Both the position numbers and the translations under genes were made by a program. Shown here in pieces: positions 27,785 to 41,231 of a stretch of DNA of 64,000 nt. This DNA is from Carcharhinus amblyrhynchos (taxonomy: Eukaryota): assembly GCA_965287045.1 (NCBI GenBank), contig OZ336872.1, forward strand, positions 83,824,001 through 83,888,000. The letters are read 5' to 3'. The notes under the pieces were generated by a model. It searched no databases and was not told the DNA's origin. It saw only the letters and a list, made by a program, of their open reading frames with translations. Position 1 is the stretch's first letter. The number at the start of each line of letters is the position of its first letter.

Positions 27785-28975
27785 TTGATTTTCAGAAGGC
27801 GTTTGACAAGGTACCTCACAAGAGGTTATTGCAGAAGGTAAGGGGGCATGGAGTTGGGGGTAGGGTGTTAGCGTGGATAGAGGATTGGTTGTCAAATAGG
27901 AGGCAGAGAGTGGGGGTTAGTGGGTGCTATTCGGATTGGCGGTTGGTGACTAGTGGAGTGCCCCAGGGGTCGGTGCTGGGGCCTCAGCTATCTACCATTT
28001 ATATAGATGATCTGGAGGAGGGAACCGAGTGTATGGTGTCGAAATTTGCTGATGACACCAAGATTGGTGGAACGGCAAATTGCGCGGAGGGTGTGGAGAG
28101 TCTGCAGAAGGATCTAGATAGGCTGGGCGAATGGGCCAGGAACTGGCAAATGGAATTTAATGTTGGCAAGTGCGAGGTGGTCCACTTTGGTAGGAATAAT
28201 GGTAGGAAGGACTATTACTTACGTGGCAAAAAACTGCAGCAGGCGACGGTGCAGAGGGACCTCGGGGTCCTTGTGCATGAGTCGCAAAAACGCAGCCTGC
28301 GGGCGCAGCAGGTGGTCAGGAAGGCGAATGGGATGCTGGCCTTCATAGCGAGGGGGATTGAATATAAAAGTAGGGAGGTCTTGCTGCAGCTGTATAGGGC
28401 ATTGGTGAGGCTGCAGCTGGAGTACTGTGTGCGGTTTTGGTCGCTGTACTTACGCAAGGATATTTTGGCCTTGGAAGGAGTGCAGAGGAGGTTTACTAGG
28501 CTGATACCAGAGTTGAGGGGGTTGAGCTATGAGGAGAGGCTGAATAAACTAGGCTTGTACTCGTTAGAGTTTAGAAGAATGAGGGGAGATCTCATTGAGA
28601 CATATAAGATGATGAATGGGTTGGATAGGATAGAGGTGGAGAGACTCTTCCCGCTCAGAAAGGACAGTAGGACTAGGGGGGCACAGCCTCAAGATAAAGG
28701 GGGGACGGTTTAGAACAGAGTTGAGGAGGAACTTCTTCACTCAAAGGGTGGTAAATCTCTGGAATTCTCTGCCCATTGAGGTGGTGGAGGCTGCCTCGCT
28801 AAATATTTTTAAGACACGGGTTGATGGGTTTTTGGTAAGCGAGGGGATTAAGGGTTATGGGGAGAGGGCGGGAATGTGGAACTGAGCCACGACAGATCAG
28901 CCATGATCTTATTGAATGGCGGGGCAGGCTCGAAGGGCTAGATGGTCTACTCCTGCTCCTATTTCTTATGTTCTT
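27785..28975 (+). mobile_element. Young CR1 LINE with an uninterrupted 294-aa RT ORF and AAGTC target-site duplication
   Basis: ORF 27829-28713; AAGTC at 27780-27784 and 28976-28980. Confidence 0.96.
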
Positions 28976-29857
28976 AAGTCCCCCTATTCTTTTTTCCAAA
29001 GTTAATAATCCCAACACCTCTAGCTATTCCGCACAACTTAAATCCTTCATAAGAATAAGAAAAGGAGTAGGCCATTTGGCCCATTGAGCGTGCTGTGCCA
29101 CTTTTCTGCCTTTTCATGATAATCCTTGCAGACTAAGATCTGTCTCACCCAGCCTTGAATAGGTCATTCCCGGTATCATTTTAGTATTTCCTCTTCATAC
29201 CCAGGCCTCAAAGTTCTTCCTAAATAATGGTGCCTAGAATTTGACGCAATATTCCAGCTAAGCCTAATCAGTTTTGTTTTTAATAATTGTTTGTGACTTT
29301 CTTGCTTTTTGTATTGAAGTCTTTCTCACTGCCTTCTCAACTTGTCTTATCACATTCAAAGACTTGTTTATGTATGTCCATTCCTAGGTCCTCTTTTCCT
29401 GCCTTGGCTTCAGTATTGTACCATTTGGCTTAAGTTATCATTTGTACTTACTTCTTGTACTTGTCCACTATTGATTTCAGCACTTGTATCTCTAAATACC
29501 TCAACCCATCCATAGTTGATGCCGCCTTGCCGTTTAGAAAATAAAAATTTCTAAATCATTATTTCTCAGACTTGCGGGTTAATTGGAAGAATATAAAAAT
29601 GTATCTTTCACACTGAGTAGTCCTTTTAGAATTTTGGCTGAACATAGGAGATTAATTTAGGACTTTTAATCAGGCTCTGATGGTCAATGATTTCCAGGCT
29701 GCTGCTCTTATGGAATTATTCCAGTGATTCCTGTGATGAGCCATCCTGTTCTTAGCACATGGCCTTATCTTGGGCTTCAGTTTGTAGTTTGAGGCTCTTT
29801 CTACAGCACCAGCCATTTAATATTTATATAGCACGTTTAAACAAAACTCTGTTCTAG

Positions 29858-29981
29858 ATTGCAGATGAAAGAGAATTTTTTGAGCTCATGCCTAATTATG
29901 CCAAAAACATCATCATCGGATTCACCAGGATGAATGGATGCACAGTGGGAATTGTTGGCAATCAACCTAAGGTGGCTTCAG
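29858..29981 (+). CDS. PCCB: PCCB exon 10
   Basis: 124 nt, AG/GT; [41 protein letters not shown](G). Confidence 0.96.
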
Positions 29982-32489
29982 GTGAGTGTTTAATTTACTG
30001 TTCCAAAACAAAATTCCTATCTTAGTGAGAATAATAGTAAAAGATTTGATAAATGTTGTTCCATGTTTCGCCTACCCTACCCACTGCTCATTGGCTAAGT
30101 TTGTTGCCATCCATGTTGTCATGTGCTTCCTGCTCTTTTCTATCCACACTTTTTAGGGCTTTTTTAATTGTGACTATCATATAAAAAGTTCCATTTCATA
30201 CTGTCGGTTTTTTGGCTGAGGTCAAGCCCGAGATTGGGTGTAATGCCTGTTCTCATCAACTTGGATCGAGTATGTCTCTTGTGGGAACCAGGAATTGGAT
30301 TCAATTTGTACTGATTCTTGGAGCAAACCAGGAGACGGATTAAGGGCATTCCCTATTCCCTCTTCATTTTGTCTTTGTAACTTTGAGAAAAGAATAACAT
30401 TAAAAATCCTGACTCCGATGCCACCGAATTTGACCAAAACACAACTATGGGAGTAATCTTAGAAAGAAAGCCATTTAACAAAATGATGGAAGGAAAAGAC
30501 CAACTGAACTTGTCACACAGCCATGTTCCAACTGAATATCAAGTCTAATGCTCCCTACTCACAAGCAGCCTTTTTACGACCTAGAGTTGGCTTAAAAATA
30601 AATTAGTCTACTCGGGACAATTCCTGTCCTAAACATGCTCAAAATACTTTGAGATCAATGACCATGAGGCATGTGACCTAACATCTCGTGTACTTTTAGT
30701 ACACCAGTATCTGCCACAGCTTGGAGTTTGTCTAGCTTTCTTTACAGTGTAGTAGCGAAGTCACACTTGTTGCATGAGCTTTGTTCTCAAAGTTGATAAA
30801 CATGTCTGCCGAGAAGCCCTCCTTCCAGTGCCTAACAGAGTTACTTTATTGTCCCATGATTTTCTTTAACCTAAGCTAATTAATCTATCCAAATGGGGAC
30901 AGTATGTGGTTCCATCATTATTTTAAACATGTCAATCAAATCTCCTTGAAATCAATGTTTTCAGAATAAAATGACCAGCTGTCTTGCATCTTTTGTGGTA
31001 ATTATGATCTTTTAAAACAAATATCCTCCTGGTAGCTAACATTGCTTCTAATTTCAGCTTGCTGTGTCTGACTGGCTTGTTGCACTTTGTCCTTTATGAT
31101 GCATGCCTGCACTTCAATCTTAAAGGGAGTGTTTCTTCTGCACAGCCTGTTCTAGATGGGTGTTTATTCTTCTAACCTTAACCAAGGGCTGCATCACCTA
31201 CCGTGTTGGGACTAGTGATGGACACACAATTCTTGATGAAACTTGACCACTGTCTTGCATAAGAAATTAGTGTTTTTTATTTTAGCCATGTGACAATAAC
31301 CATGAATCTTTGGAGAATCATGTACTAATACACCTGTATGTTTCTACCATCAACGTACTTGGAATCCTAAATGGTATATGTATGGTTGACATTTTCCCAA
31401 CCTGTGCATATTACACTACACTTATTTATGTTGAATACCATTTATGAGATATAGACGTATTTCCCCCATCACATTGAAATCAGAGATTCATTTTAAAAAT
31501 TCTAACGTTGATACAAATCACTGTCATGATTTGTAGATGGCTCCCTCACCACCACCATTATTGATTGCTGATGTACATCATGAACAGCAACAATGCTAAT
31601 ATTCATCCCTGAGACACTTAATGAACTAGTCACCACTCAGAACCACTAACATTAATTACAGCCCTGTGCTTGTGAGAGTGCAACCAATTTCTTTTCCTAC
31701 CAATGATCTACCCTCCCATCTCTCAGAAAGAGATGGTGTATCTGCACCTTCTGAAAATTAAAGTACATAATGCACAATAGTAACTTTGTCTAAAACTGCA
31801 AAGAGACACAAGTACTTTTTTCAGAAGCAATACTGAGAGGCTGATACCTTCTCTGCCTAAGTGGTCTCACAGTATTTTTAATAATAGCAGCTTGACTAAA
31901 TTTTAATGGTCAAACTAATGGACTCTTAAATTTCATTTTGGTTTGTTTTAGATATTGGCATAGACCATGAGAACAGAACTTGGCTCCAGCAAGCTATTAA
32001 ATACATAAGCACTTTCTTTAAATAACTCTCAGTTCAGTGTTGTCAGAACCAACAGTCAGATCTAATTTGCAGTCCCTTATTCTTTCCAAGATTACATTTG
32101 CATCTACTTTAATACAATATAAAATTAACGCTGAAATTTTTTGATAATTAATCCTAATCAGCTTCAGTGTAGATTGATACAGAGTAGCGACTTGAAACTT
32201 CAACCACATCCTGGAAGCCAACCATGAAGGTGGCCAAAGTGAACCTGTCCTAGTGAATCCTTCAGTGGACCTATGAAGTTAATCATTTTTCTCTGATTTC
32301 TAACATGGCTAACCAGAATTTTACAATTGCTAGTGTGGCTTTCCTCCACCTTCTGTAATGACCTTTGGCTGTTTTGCTGCCTTTTAAATATGGATTTGTT
32401 TTAAAATATCTTTCTGCTAACTTCATTAAATGGAACAGTGTGGAACAGGTTAAAATGAGTCCACTAGTTCCTGTTGACTTGTCAACTTT

Positions 32490-34720
32490 TACTTCTATTT
32501 AGCTTTCTCAGTACCCTTTGGGAAGTACCTCTCTCCTACCTCTTGCAAATATTTCTGGGATACTGTTTTTGTTTACTATGGTGAAAACAGATATGAGATA
32601 TCTGTTCAATGCTTCTAGTATTTCCTCATTTCCCATTGTTAATTCCCAGGGCTCTCTTGAGGAACCTTGTCACTTCACTTATTCTTACTTACTATCTGTT
32701 CCTATAGTTCTGCTAATTTTCTCATACATTTATTATTTTTTCATTTATTCTTTGCTGTTTTAAAAATTCTGTCCCATCTTTTGACTTTTCACTTATCTTC
32801 ACAAAAATGTTTTTTTTCAATATTATGCCATCTTTTAACTTTCTTAGTTAGCCATGAATGGTGCATTTGTTTCCTAGCTTTCTTTTCCACTAAAATGTAA
32901 GTTTGCTGACTGTTATGAAATATCTCCTTAAATATCTGCCACTCCATTTCCACTGACCTACCCATTTTTCCAGCTCACCTTGGCCAGCTCCACCTTCATA
33001 CTCTTGTAATTACCTTTATTCAATTATAAAACACTAATATTGGATCCATTCTTCCTGCTTGATTGCACACAACCAAGTCTAGAGTAGCCTACTCTGGTTG
33101 GTTGTAGAGTGTGCTGCCAAATCATGTTCCAGGCTGTAGAATAATATCACCCATGATAATTGCAATGGCTTTCTTAGAAGTCCCATTATTCCTTCCTGTA
33201 TATCTTTACCTACAGCATAGAAACTGTTAGGCAGCTTATAAACTACGCTCGCAATTGACTTCTTTCCTTTGCTATTTGTTAAAACTATCCAAACTGATTC
33301 AACATTTTTAATCTTTAGAACCAAGATTATTTCTCATTGTTATATTAATATCATCTTTAATTAACAGAGTAATTCCATCATCCTTTTCAGCTAACCAATG
33401 GTTAGCACTGCTGTCTCTCAACTCCAGGCACCCGGGTTCAATTCTGACCTTGGGATGTCTGCATGGGTTTCCTCCCACAGTCCAAAGATGTGTAAATTAG
33501 GGGAATTAGTGGAATAAATACATTCCAGGGGTAGAGTGGGGTCAGGCCTGGTTAAAATGATGTGTCGGAGAGTCAGCACAGACTTGATGGCCCAAATGGC
33601 CACCTCCTGCATTGTCAGCATTCCATGATCTTATCCTTCTGAATCTTTGAATATTCAGATCCCAGCATTGGTCACATTGCAGCCACATCTCTGTAATAGC
33701 TATCAGATCATACATATTTGTTTCTATTTGAGCTGTTAATTCTTCTGTTTCATTCCAAATGCTATGGGTATTCAGATAGAACCATTAGTTGTGTCTATCT
33801 GCAAACTCTGGCCTATCTACTGTCACAGGTTTGTATGCTGTGTCCCTTTCTGCCTGACTCTGACTACCGTTGCCAGATTGCTACCTTGCTCTCTTGCCTT
33901 GTTCTTTTCCTTTAATATATCACATCTTCCCTTGTGTGATACCTCATTCCAAATTTAAAGTCCTCTGTTCTGCCTCAGTTATAAAACTTGCCAGAAGACT
34001 GATTCCAACACTGTTCATGTGAAGGCCATCCCACAAGTATAGCTCTTATTTTTCTTAGTACTGGTGCCCGTTTCCCTTGAATTGAATTTTCTGCCACACC
34101 AATCCTTGAGCCACACAATCAACTTCCAAATCTTTCTTACCTTTTGCCAGTTTGCTTGTGGCTGAGATAATCCAGCAGTTATCATCATTGAGGTTCTGCT
34201 TTTTAAATTTAGCCTCTAAAGCTTCCCATATATCCAATATACAACCTACCTAATTCTATCAGTGTCTTTGACACCTGTGAGGACCGTGACAACCAGATCC
34301 TTCCCACTCCTACTGCAAGTTCCTTTGCAGTACAGAGCATATGTCTGGAATCCTGGCACTGGGCAAATAATAGCCATCTGAACTCTCACTCTTGGTTGCA
34401 GAGAACTGTCCATTCTCTCTGATATACTGTTGCCTACTACCACTCACACTCTAATTTGTCCCTGCTTGAATGGCCTCCTGTATAATAATGCCATAGTCAG
34501 TTCATTCATCCACCTTGCAGCCTCAACTTTTATCCATACAAGCTGCGAAAATCTCAAACCTGTTGGAGAACTGCAAGGGATAAGCCTCTGCCACTTCTAC
34601 TTTCTGGATCCCCAAAGCTGCCTCACTTGCAGTTACATATCCTGTCCCTGATAATGGAGCAATTTGGATGACCCTAGCCTCAAGGCTGTGACTGCCTTCT
34701 GAAACAAAGCATCCAGGTAA
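32490..34720 (-). mobile_element. Old CR1 5' half: APE endonuclease and SGNH/GDSL-esterase ORF1 remnants
   Basis: VESVWIVLTNSKGKKSIASVVYKLPNS (APE); VVGNSI...PG...VVTVLTGVKD and LQFSNRFEIFA (ORF1). Confidence 0.72.
33398..33628 (+). mobile_element. HE1-like V-SINE nested in the CR1
   Basis: TGGTTAGCACTGCT...CCCGGGTTCAATTC head; GATGGCCCAAATGGCCACCTCCTGCA tail. Confidence 0.8.
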
Positions 34721-34723
34721 CAT

Positions 34724-35492
34724 TGTTAGAGTATGAGATATGAAACCCCAAGGTATATTGTTATTTTGGCATTAATGTGAGGTTTAAGGTGTTTCATTCC
34801 AGGTGTGATTCTGTTGACACTAAGAAGCTTTTATGGAAACAAACTTTATTTAATAATATAGTGTAACTATAACAAATTAATTAGCTTAACATTTGCCAAT
34901 TAAACAAAACTTAAACATGACAAGTTACAGTTCTTAATTGTTAACCTATCCTTAAGAGTTCCAATTCAAGCAATATTTCTCTTAACTCTGCTTCAAAATC
35001 AGTTAGCAACCCTCAGGCTTGTGTCTGTACTTGTTAACAGTGCTAGAGTCTTTTGAACACCACTGGAGAGAGTGAGAGACACAAAGAGACACCTGTCTTC
35101 CGACAGCTCCTAACAGCAGCCTCCAGAGAGAGCAAGACACACAGACACATCTTGCTTCTTTTGGGGCCAGGCAGAAAACTGACTGTTTCAAAACAAAAGA
35201 GAAACTGTGTTTATTTCCTCAAGCTTAGCTCCTCCCATTAGCATGTGACTCTATCTCCAATAAACCTAATCAAAACCTTACTCTGAAACCTCAAGGGAAA
35301 TCTAAGTAAACATAAATGCAGTAATCTGTTTAGACAAACACACCATTAGCTAAAATCGGTTATTATCCTGTATTCTCAACATTTGAGCTGCCTGCTGCGC
35401 AGATAAATTGACACCTTATACAGACTGACTTTCAAACTGACGCCTTACAAGAAAAATAGTAAAAATATATTTCTTAAAGACACAGTATCATC
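34724..35492 (-). mobile_element. Possible solo LTR inserted in CR1 ORF1
   Basis: About 770-bp insert bounded by TG...CA, with a minus-strand AATAAA; CR1-like sequence resumes after it; TSD imperfect. Confidence 0.4.
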
Positions 35493-35570
35493 ATAATTAC
35501 TACTCCCTAATGCATTGCAATGTCATCTCACTGGGCTTCCAGCTCAATGAATTTGAGCAACGGACACTTG

Positions 35571-35676
35571 GGGTGGAATTTTCTGACTGCGCTCGCCTCA
35601 AGTTCAACGGACCTTTGCATGGCATGATCCATCCTGTTACAATTCGAGTGGTAGGCAGGACAATAAAATTCCACCC
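35571..35676. mobile_element. 106-bp MITE (Harbinger-type TIR)
   Basis: Perfect 12-bp TIR GGGTGGAATTTT / AAAATTCCACCC. Confidence 0.65.
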
Positions 35677-36234
35677 TTCGTGTAGAAATAGTAACTTTGG
35701 ATCATACTGACATCCACAAGCTTCTGTTATTGCAGCTGCAACACATCACCTACTGTGTTTGTTTTTAATTATTTATTTTCTTAATCCATCTAGTCTTGTT
35801 TATGCTTATATTTTAAACAAATGTTAGAATTACTGCGCATGAATTTCCACAGTTTTAAGTAAGAAAAATAGAAAATAGTCAATAGATAATCACCTATCTG
35901 CTTCCCTGTAATGTCACATTGTAATTTTTGTTACTGAGCTCTGATAGGCTGTTGGTGGCAGCAGCAGCCTCAGTGTCTCCCAAGTCTCTCTCGTGCGCTT
36001 CCCTGCTCCTTTATACCTCACTGTCACCGTAGTCTCTTATGCTCTCTCCAAGCCCTCTATGCCTCATTGTGTCTCCCAACTCTCTCTCTTGCTGTTCCCT
36101 GCTCCTTTATGCCTCAGTGTCTCTGAAGTCTCTTACTTTCCTCTTAATTCATTTGTGGTATCCTGCCATTCACTGAGGATTTTCAACTTTGCCAAGAATA
36201 GGGAGTAAAGAGAGTAATTTTATTTTGTTTTTAG

Positions 36235-36342
36235 GTTGTCTGGACATCAATGCTTCAGTAAAAGGAGCTCGTTTTGTCAGATTCTGTGATGCGTTCAACA
36301 TCCCCATCATTACATTTGTGGATGTGCCTGGATTCTTGCCTG
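36235..36342 (+). CDS. PCCB: PCCB exon 11
   Basis: 108 nt, AG/GT; [35 protein letters not shown](G). Confidence 0.97.
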
Positions 36343-37268
36343 GTAGGACCTATAAACTTGCTGGCATGAACAATGTCCATGTTTGGCAGTGGTTCCAAAT
36401 AATTACTCCCATTCTGTGGTACCAAAGCCATTATATGCTACAGTATTTAATTTTAATTTGTTAATTTGCATGCACTTGTCAATATGAAGCATAGGCAGTG
36501 TTTCTGGTACTCTAATTATTATCCATTTGAGCTTCTCAGCATTTTCTTTGCTGTAATGTACAAATTTGGGAGCAACTCCCTTGCTTGTATTGTAGTACTT
36601 GTGAGTAAGTGACTAATGTTTTACTATTCAGACAGTTAGCAATAACTAGGATGCTAAGTAACTTTGAGTGTTACTTCTAATTAATTTATTCTGCCTATTG
36701 GCATTCAGTCTTGAATTGTGGACAGCTTATTCAGTGCTTTTTTTATTCATAGGTACCTTTCTTCTCATTGCCAATAAGCAGTTTACTCATATTACACTAA
36801 TCCTAGGTTGCTTACCTGCAGTATATAACTCTGTCTGTAGAATGAATGTGTTAACTCATGACATAAAATACCAGTAAAGAACTGCATTACTGTAACGTTG
36901 TATTGGACTGGCTGAAACTGTGCCAAGCCTCTTTGAACTTTTTTCCCCAACTTTTGGCCAGGTGCATTCTCTTTATAAACTGGGTCATCTTGGGTGCTGC
37001 ACATCTTCTGTTCTGGTGACACTTAATCTTTGACATGATGTTAGTATTTGGTGCATACTGCTGTCCAAACTAGTAGCTAAGATCTACTTTGTAACGGATT
37101 CACATGGAAAACTGCTTATTTTTGGAATTTTTCTTCTTCCACTTGCCTGGTGTGTGTTGTCATAAACTGGAAATGTACATCCCATGCAACTGAATGCGAG
37201 AAAAGAATGAACAATTTTGAGGGAAATCCTTTTGCGATTTTTGAATAACGTTCTCCATCTGAAACATT

Positions 37269-37807
37269 GGCCTGGATTTTGTACTAAAAAGTGATATTAG
37301 AGTTCTTTATTGACCATACAGTCATAATTAAATGTGGAAATCAGGACATTCCTGTCGGTGTTGCAATACTCCTCCAGAATCCTCAATATAATACTATAAT
37401 GCTGCACTAAGTCTTGATTACTGCCAAACAATCCCTTGGCGTTGGCATTTTTTTGTAGATGTTTAATTTCTTCAAATTTTAATTATTGTTGAAGATTTTT
37501 AAAAAAATTTGTCTCATCTCTTAATCCCATCTTTCTTTCTCTTTATTTTTCTCTGTGCATTATTCAATATTAAATTATAACCATTGTATTCTAACTTACA
37601 GTTCCTGGTTCAGAATCTGTGCCTCAATAAGAATCCTTCAGTGTGATTGGTTAAGGAGATGCCCAGTTGTATTTGCTGTTTATATCAGTCCTGGATCCTC
37701 TAGCAACTGATGCACTGAAAAGCTTTCTAATAACCAGATTTCAATGTAAAAGCAAGTGTGGGCAAGTGGGGCACCATTCATTTGTTGCTGACTGCAAAAT
37801 TTGGGCC
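37269..37807. mobile_element. MITE with Harbinger-type TIRs and a 3-bp TSD (ATT)
   Basis: ATT-GGCCTGGATTTTG ... CAAAATTTGGGCC-ATT. Confidence 0.6.
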
Positions 37808-37891
37808 ATTATCCTTTTTTTTTGTTTGACGCAGACCGGTGACATTTATTTCTGGATTTATCAGCTATATTTTTTTCATGTAACTATGCAG

Positions 37892-37992
37892 GAACTAGCC
37901 AGGAATATGGTGGAATCATCAGACATGGTGCAAAGTTGCTCTACGCATTCGCTGAGGCTACAGTGCCCAAAATTACAGTGATCACACGAAAG
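37892..37992 (+). CDS. PCCB: PCCB exon 12
   Basis: 101 nt, AG/GT; [33 protein letters not shown]. Confidence 0.97.
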
Positions 37993-38954
37993 GTGAGGGG
38001 TGTGACTACTGAACTTCTACTCAGAGTAAACTCTACCTGGTCATTCGGGCCTGCAATTGATACACAAAGCTCTCAGAATTGAAGTGAAGTCTCGAAGAAT
38101 ACAGTTTCTGCACCAATGATCATTTTATTGTGCATATTTAACTGAAAATTTACAAGACTTTAGTAAGAAGAACTTGATAGTGAGTTAAACCTTGTTTCTT
38201 TACATCTGGGACAGAGGTTCAAGTCTGTCCCAGTGTATATGTTGAAACTTTGCTCTGGTAGATGTAATAGGTGGGTTGTCTAAATTGTCATCTTGGTGCA
38301 CCGAGGCTCCAAACACACAACTTGCTTATTTGGAAGAAAACAAAAGCTTTTGCATTGGTGCGGTAGATCTGGGATACCCAGATCTTGACTTTATTTGGTC
38401 CTCAAGTGCTCTTAGTCATATTAATTCTACCCTGTCTTCTTTTGAAAAAAAATCTTTCATGTAATGTGGATGATGCTTGCTCAACCAGCATTTATTGCCC
38501 ATCTGTAATTGCCCTTAAGATAATGGTGAGCTGCTGCCTTCCATGTGGGATAGGTACACCCACAAGGCTGTTAGGAAGAGAGTTCCAAGATTTTGATCCA
38601 GCAACAGAGAAGGAACGGGGATAACAGTTCCAAGTCAGGATAGTGTTTGGCTTGATGGTGAACTTGCAAGTTGTGGTGTTCCTATGCATCTGCTGCCCTT
38701 GTTCTTTGAGATGTTTACACGCTACCTGATGAACAGTTTATAGTTTCCATGGGAGACAAGCCAAAGTAGTTTATGGCAAACTAATTTTAAGTCATTTTGT
38801 GTTGTAAACTGGAGTGAGTGCATGGAATGGATCAAATTGGGATATGCTCCATGTACTTGGTTGTTGGAGTAATGTTGGTTTTTAAAGCAACACTGAATTT
38901 ATTAAGTAATGTGAATAGTTGTCCAGTTTTCTGTGCAAGTTCTATTGATTCAAG

Positions 38955-39600
38955 ATTAACATTTCAAGCTGATGAACTTTCATAAGAACTGGGAAAAGTA
39001 GAGATGGATAAAACCCAGAATTTTGAGCAAGGGGTGGGTGGGAAAGGCAGGAGAAAGGAGTACAGGAGGATTAAGTGACAAGAGTTAGTCTTACAGACCC
39101 AGAGGGAATGATGAAGGGGCAAGAAAAAAGATACATGGGGCAAGTGTGCTGCTGTCTGAAAGCTGAGAAAAACCAAAATATTCCAAGAAAAGGAAACAGA
39201 ATTGGAGGAGACAGAGTTTACCTTCTGAAAGGCTGTCCAGTGCCTGATTGGAAGATGAAGTATTGTTCTCAAGCTTTCAAGCTTGGCCTGTTACATTGAA
39301 ACAATGTAACAGGCCAAGGACAGAATTGTCACCATGAGGGCAAAGTGGAGAATTAAAATGACAAGCAATAGGAAACTTGGAGTCATGTTTGCAGGCTGAA
39401 TGGTATCCTGCAAAACAGTCACCCAATCTGTACTTGGTCTCCCCATTTGTAGAGGAGACCACATTATGAGCAGCAAATACAGTATACGAAATTGAAGTTA
39501 ATACACGAAAATCACTGCTTCACCTAAAAGGAGTGCTTGGGGAGGAGAGAGGATTGATCCCATGTAATAATTTTACATTTTGAATAGAAGTGCCAGGAAG
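38955..39600 (-). mobile_element. Old Penelope-like element 3' fragment (GIY-YIG endonuclease)
   Basis: GETKYRLGDCFAGYHSACKHDSKFPIACHFNSP...SVLGLLHC; terminal sequence shares the hammerhead-like motif seen at about 5040. Confidence 0.78.
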
Positions 39601-40108
39601 ATGTCGCAACTGTATATGATTATACAAAATGGATTGGGAGAAAACAGATTTGCTACTACAAAGAAATGTTTCTCCAATAAGTGTAAAAAAAAATGTCCTA
39701 CTAATCATGAGTTAACCCTGCTTTGGGCTGATCTGATTGTTTGAGACTGATTTACATTGCTGAGACAGAGTAGATGCAAATTTATCTTGTAATTTGCCTT
39801 CTTCAGCATTATCCTCAACCTGAATAGAACTGAAACACCAAACAAATGGTGCAAATAATTCATTACATCTAACATGTATGTCAGAGGAGAATAGCTATTG
39901 TGTTGACTATCTCAGCTGCAGATTGCTACTGAAACTTGTGGACAATATTTTGATGAACAGATTTGGTCTGCCACCAGGTCCTTTCAAAGCCAATGGTGAA
40001 GTAACACATTTAGGCTGTCCAAAAATAGTCCTAATTATTGTGAAGAAAATTCCTGACTTTTTCATTGACTACTGTATATGAAATGCTGTAATATGCTTTT
40101 CTTGGTAG

Positions 40109-40207
40109 GCCTATGGTGGTGCATATGATGTGATGAGCTCCAAACACCTGAGAGGTGATTTGAACTATGCTTGGCCAACAGCTGAAGTTGCAGTTATGGG
40201 CGCTAAG
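40109..40207 (+). CDS. PCCB: PCCB exon 13 (non-canonical GC donor)
   Basis: 99 nt; [33 protein letters not shown]; ends AAG|GCAAGT. Confidence 0.95.
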
Positions 40208-40684
40208 GCAAGTGACACCTATGCATTTCTGATCATATTCATAGTTGCCCCTGTGGATATGTATGTCCTAGAAGTCAAACAAATAGCTGGCCTTTCTCTA
40301 CATGAGATGGGGTGTGGGGCAATTTGCAGAGACTGCAGTTTAGTGGCACGAAGTTTAAATTGCTTGAACCTAGGACAAACATGAAGTGAAATGAACAACC
40401 TCATCCTGAAGGAAAATCAGTTTTTGATCAATTTAAATACGAATTGATTATCCTGCTCAAAAATCAAGAGAGACTGGGGTCATGCAAGCTCCAGCTAGTT
40501 TGTTCAGTTCGATTGCAGCCTAACCAGTAATCTAAACATTGAAGGGTAGGGAAAGGTGCCTTTCCAGGCTTACAGTCTGCCCTCCTACATTTTCTTCTGC
40601 TTATCTCAAGACTTATCAGCAATGCAGCAGGTCTAGATTTGATCCTTAGTGTGGCTGGCTCACTTTATTAGAATGTAATAAAGA

Positions 40685-40839
40685 CAGATTATCTTTAAAG
40701 GGAGTGAAGTCGAGGCGGAGGTAGAATATGTGGAGACATTTGCAAATCCATTCCCAGCAGCTGTGAGGTAAGTACCATAGAAAGAATATGTTATGCACTT
40801 TCAAAAATATTTTAAATATTCTGCTTAGGGCTGCAAAGT
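40685..40839 (+). pseudogene. Partial duplicate of PCCB exon 14 and its downstream flank within intron 13
   Basis: Copy of 41241-41403; reads [26 protein letters not shown] then GTAAGT. Confidence 0.92.
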
Positions 40840-41231
40840 CTGCTTTGATTTGTGACCATATGTATTAGCTAGAAAAGAACAAATTGTTTTGATACTTTGT
40901 GCAGCTTACACCAGAAAGGAGAGGAAGTTTACAATTTCTGTCCCAGGAAATGAGAAATTTCTCCTGTGATTTTCTCAGAATTTAGGAGTTACTGTGTTGC
41001 AGCAAGGGTTATGGGAGTGATATCTAAAATTCCTGACAGGTGAATGGAAAAAGTGGGAATACCAAAGGATTGCACAAAAATGAGGGATCAAACAGACTGA
41101 GTTGATGAGCTATGGGGCTGAACATAAACAATACCTCATGAGTAGCCATCCAGTTTTATTTATTTTTTTTGCATGTGAAAGATGTTATTGTAAAGTTGGG
41201 TCTTTCATTGTTTGACATTTTTCTTTTAAAG

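Noticed and set aside
35965-36135. Imperfect repeat upstream of exon 11 as a structured RNA
   Set aside because: Pyrimidine-rich degenerate tandem repeat with no stem or snoRNA box pattern that I could support
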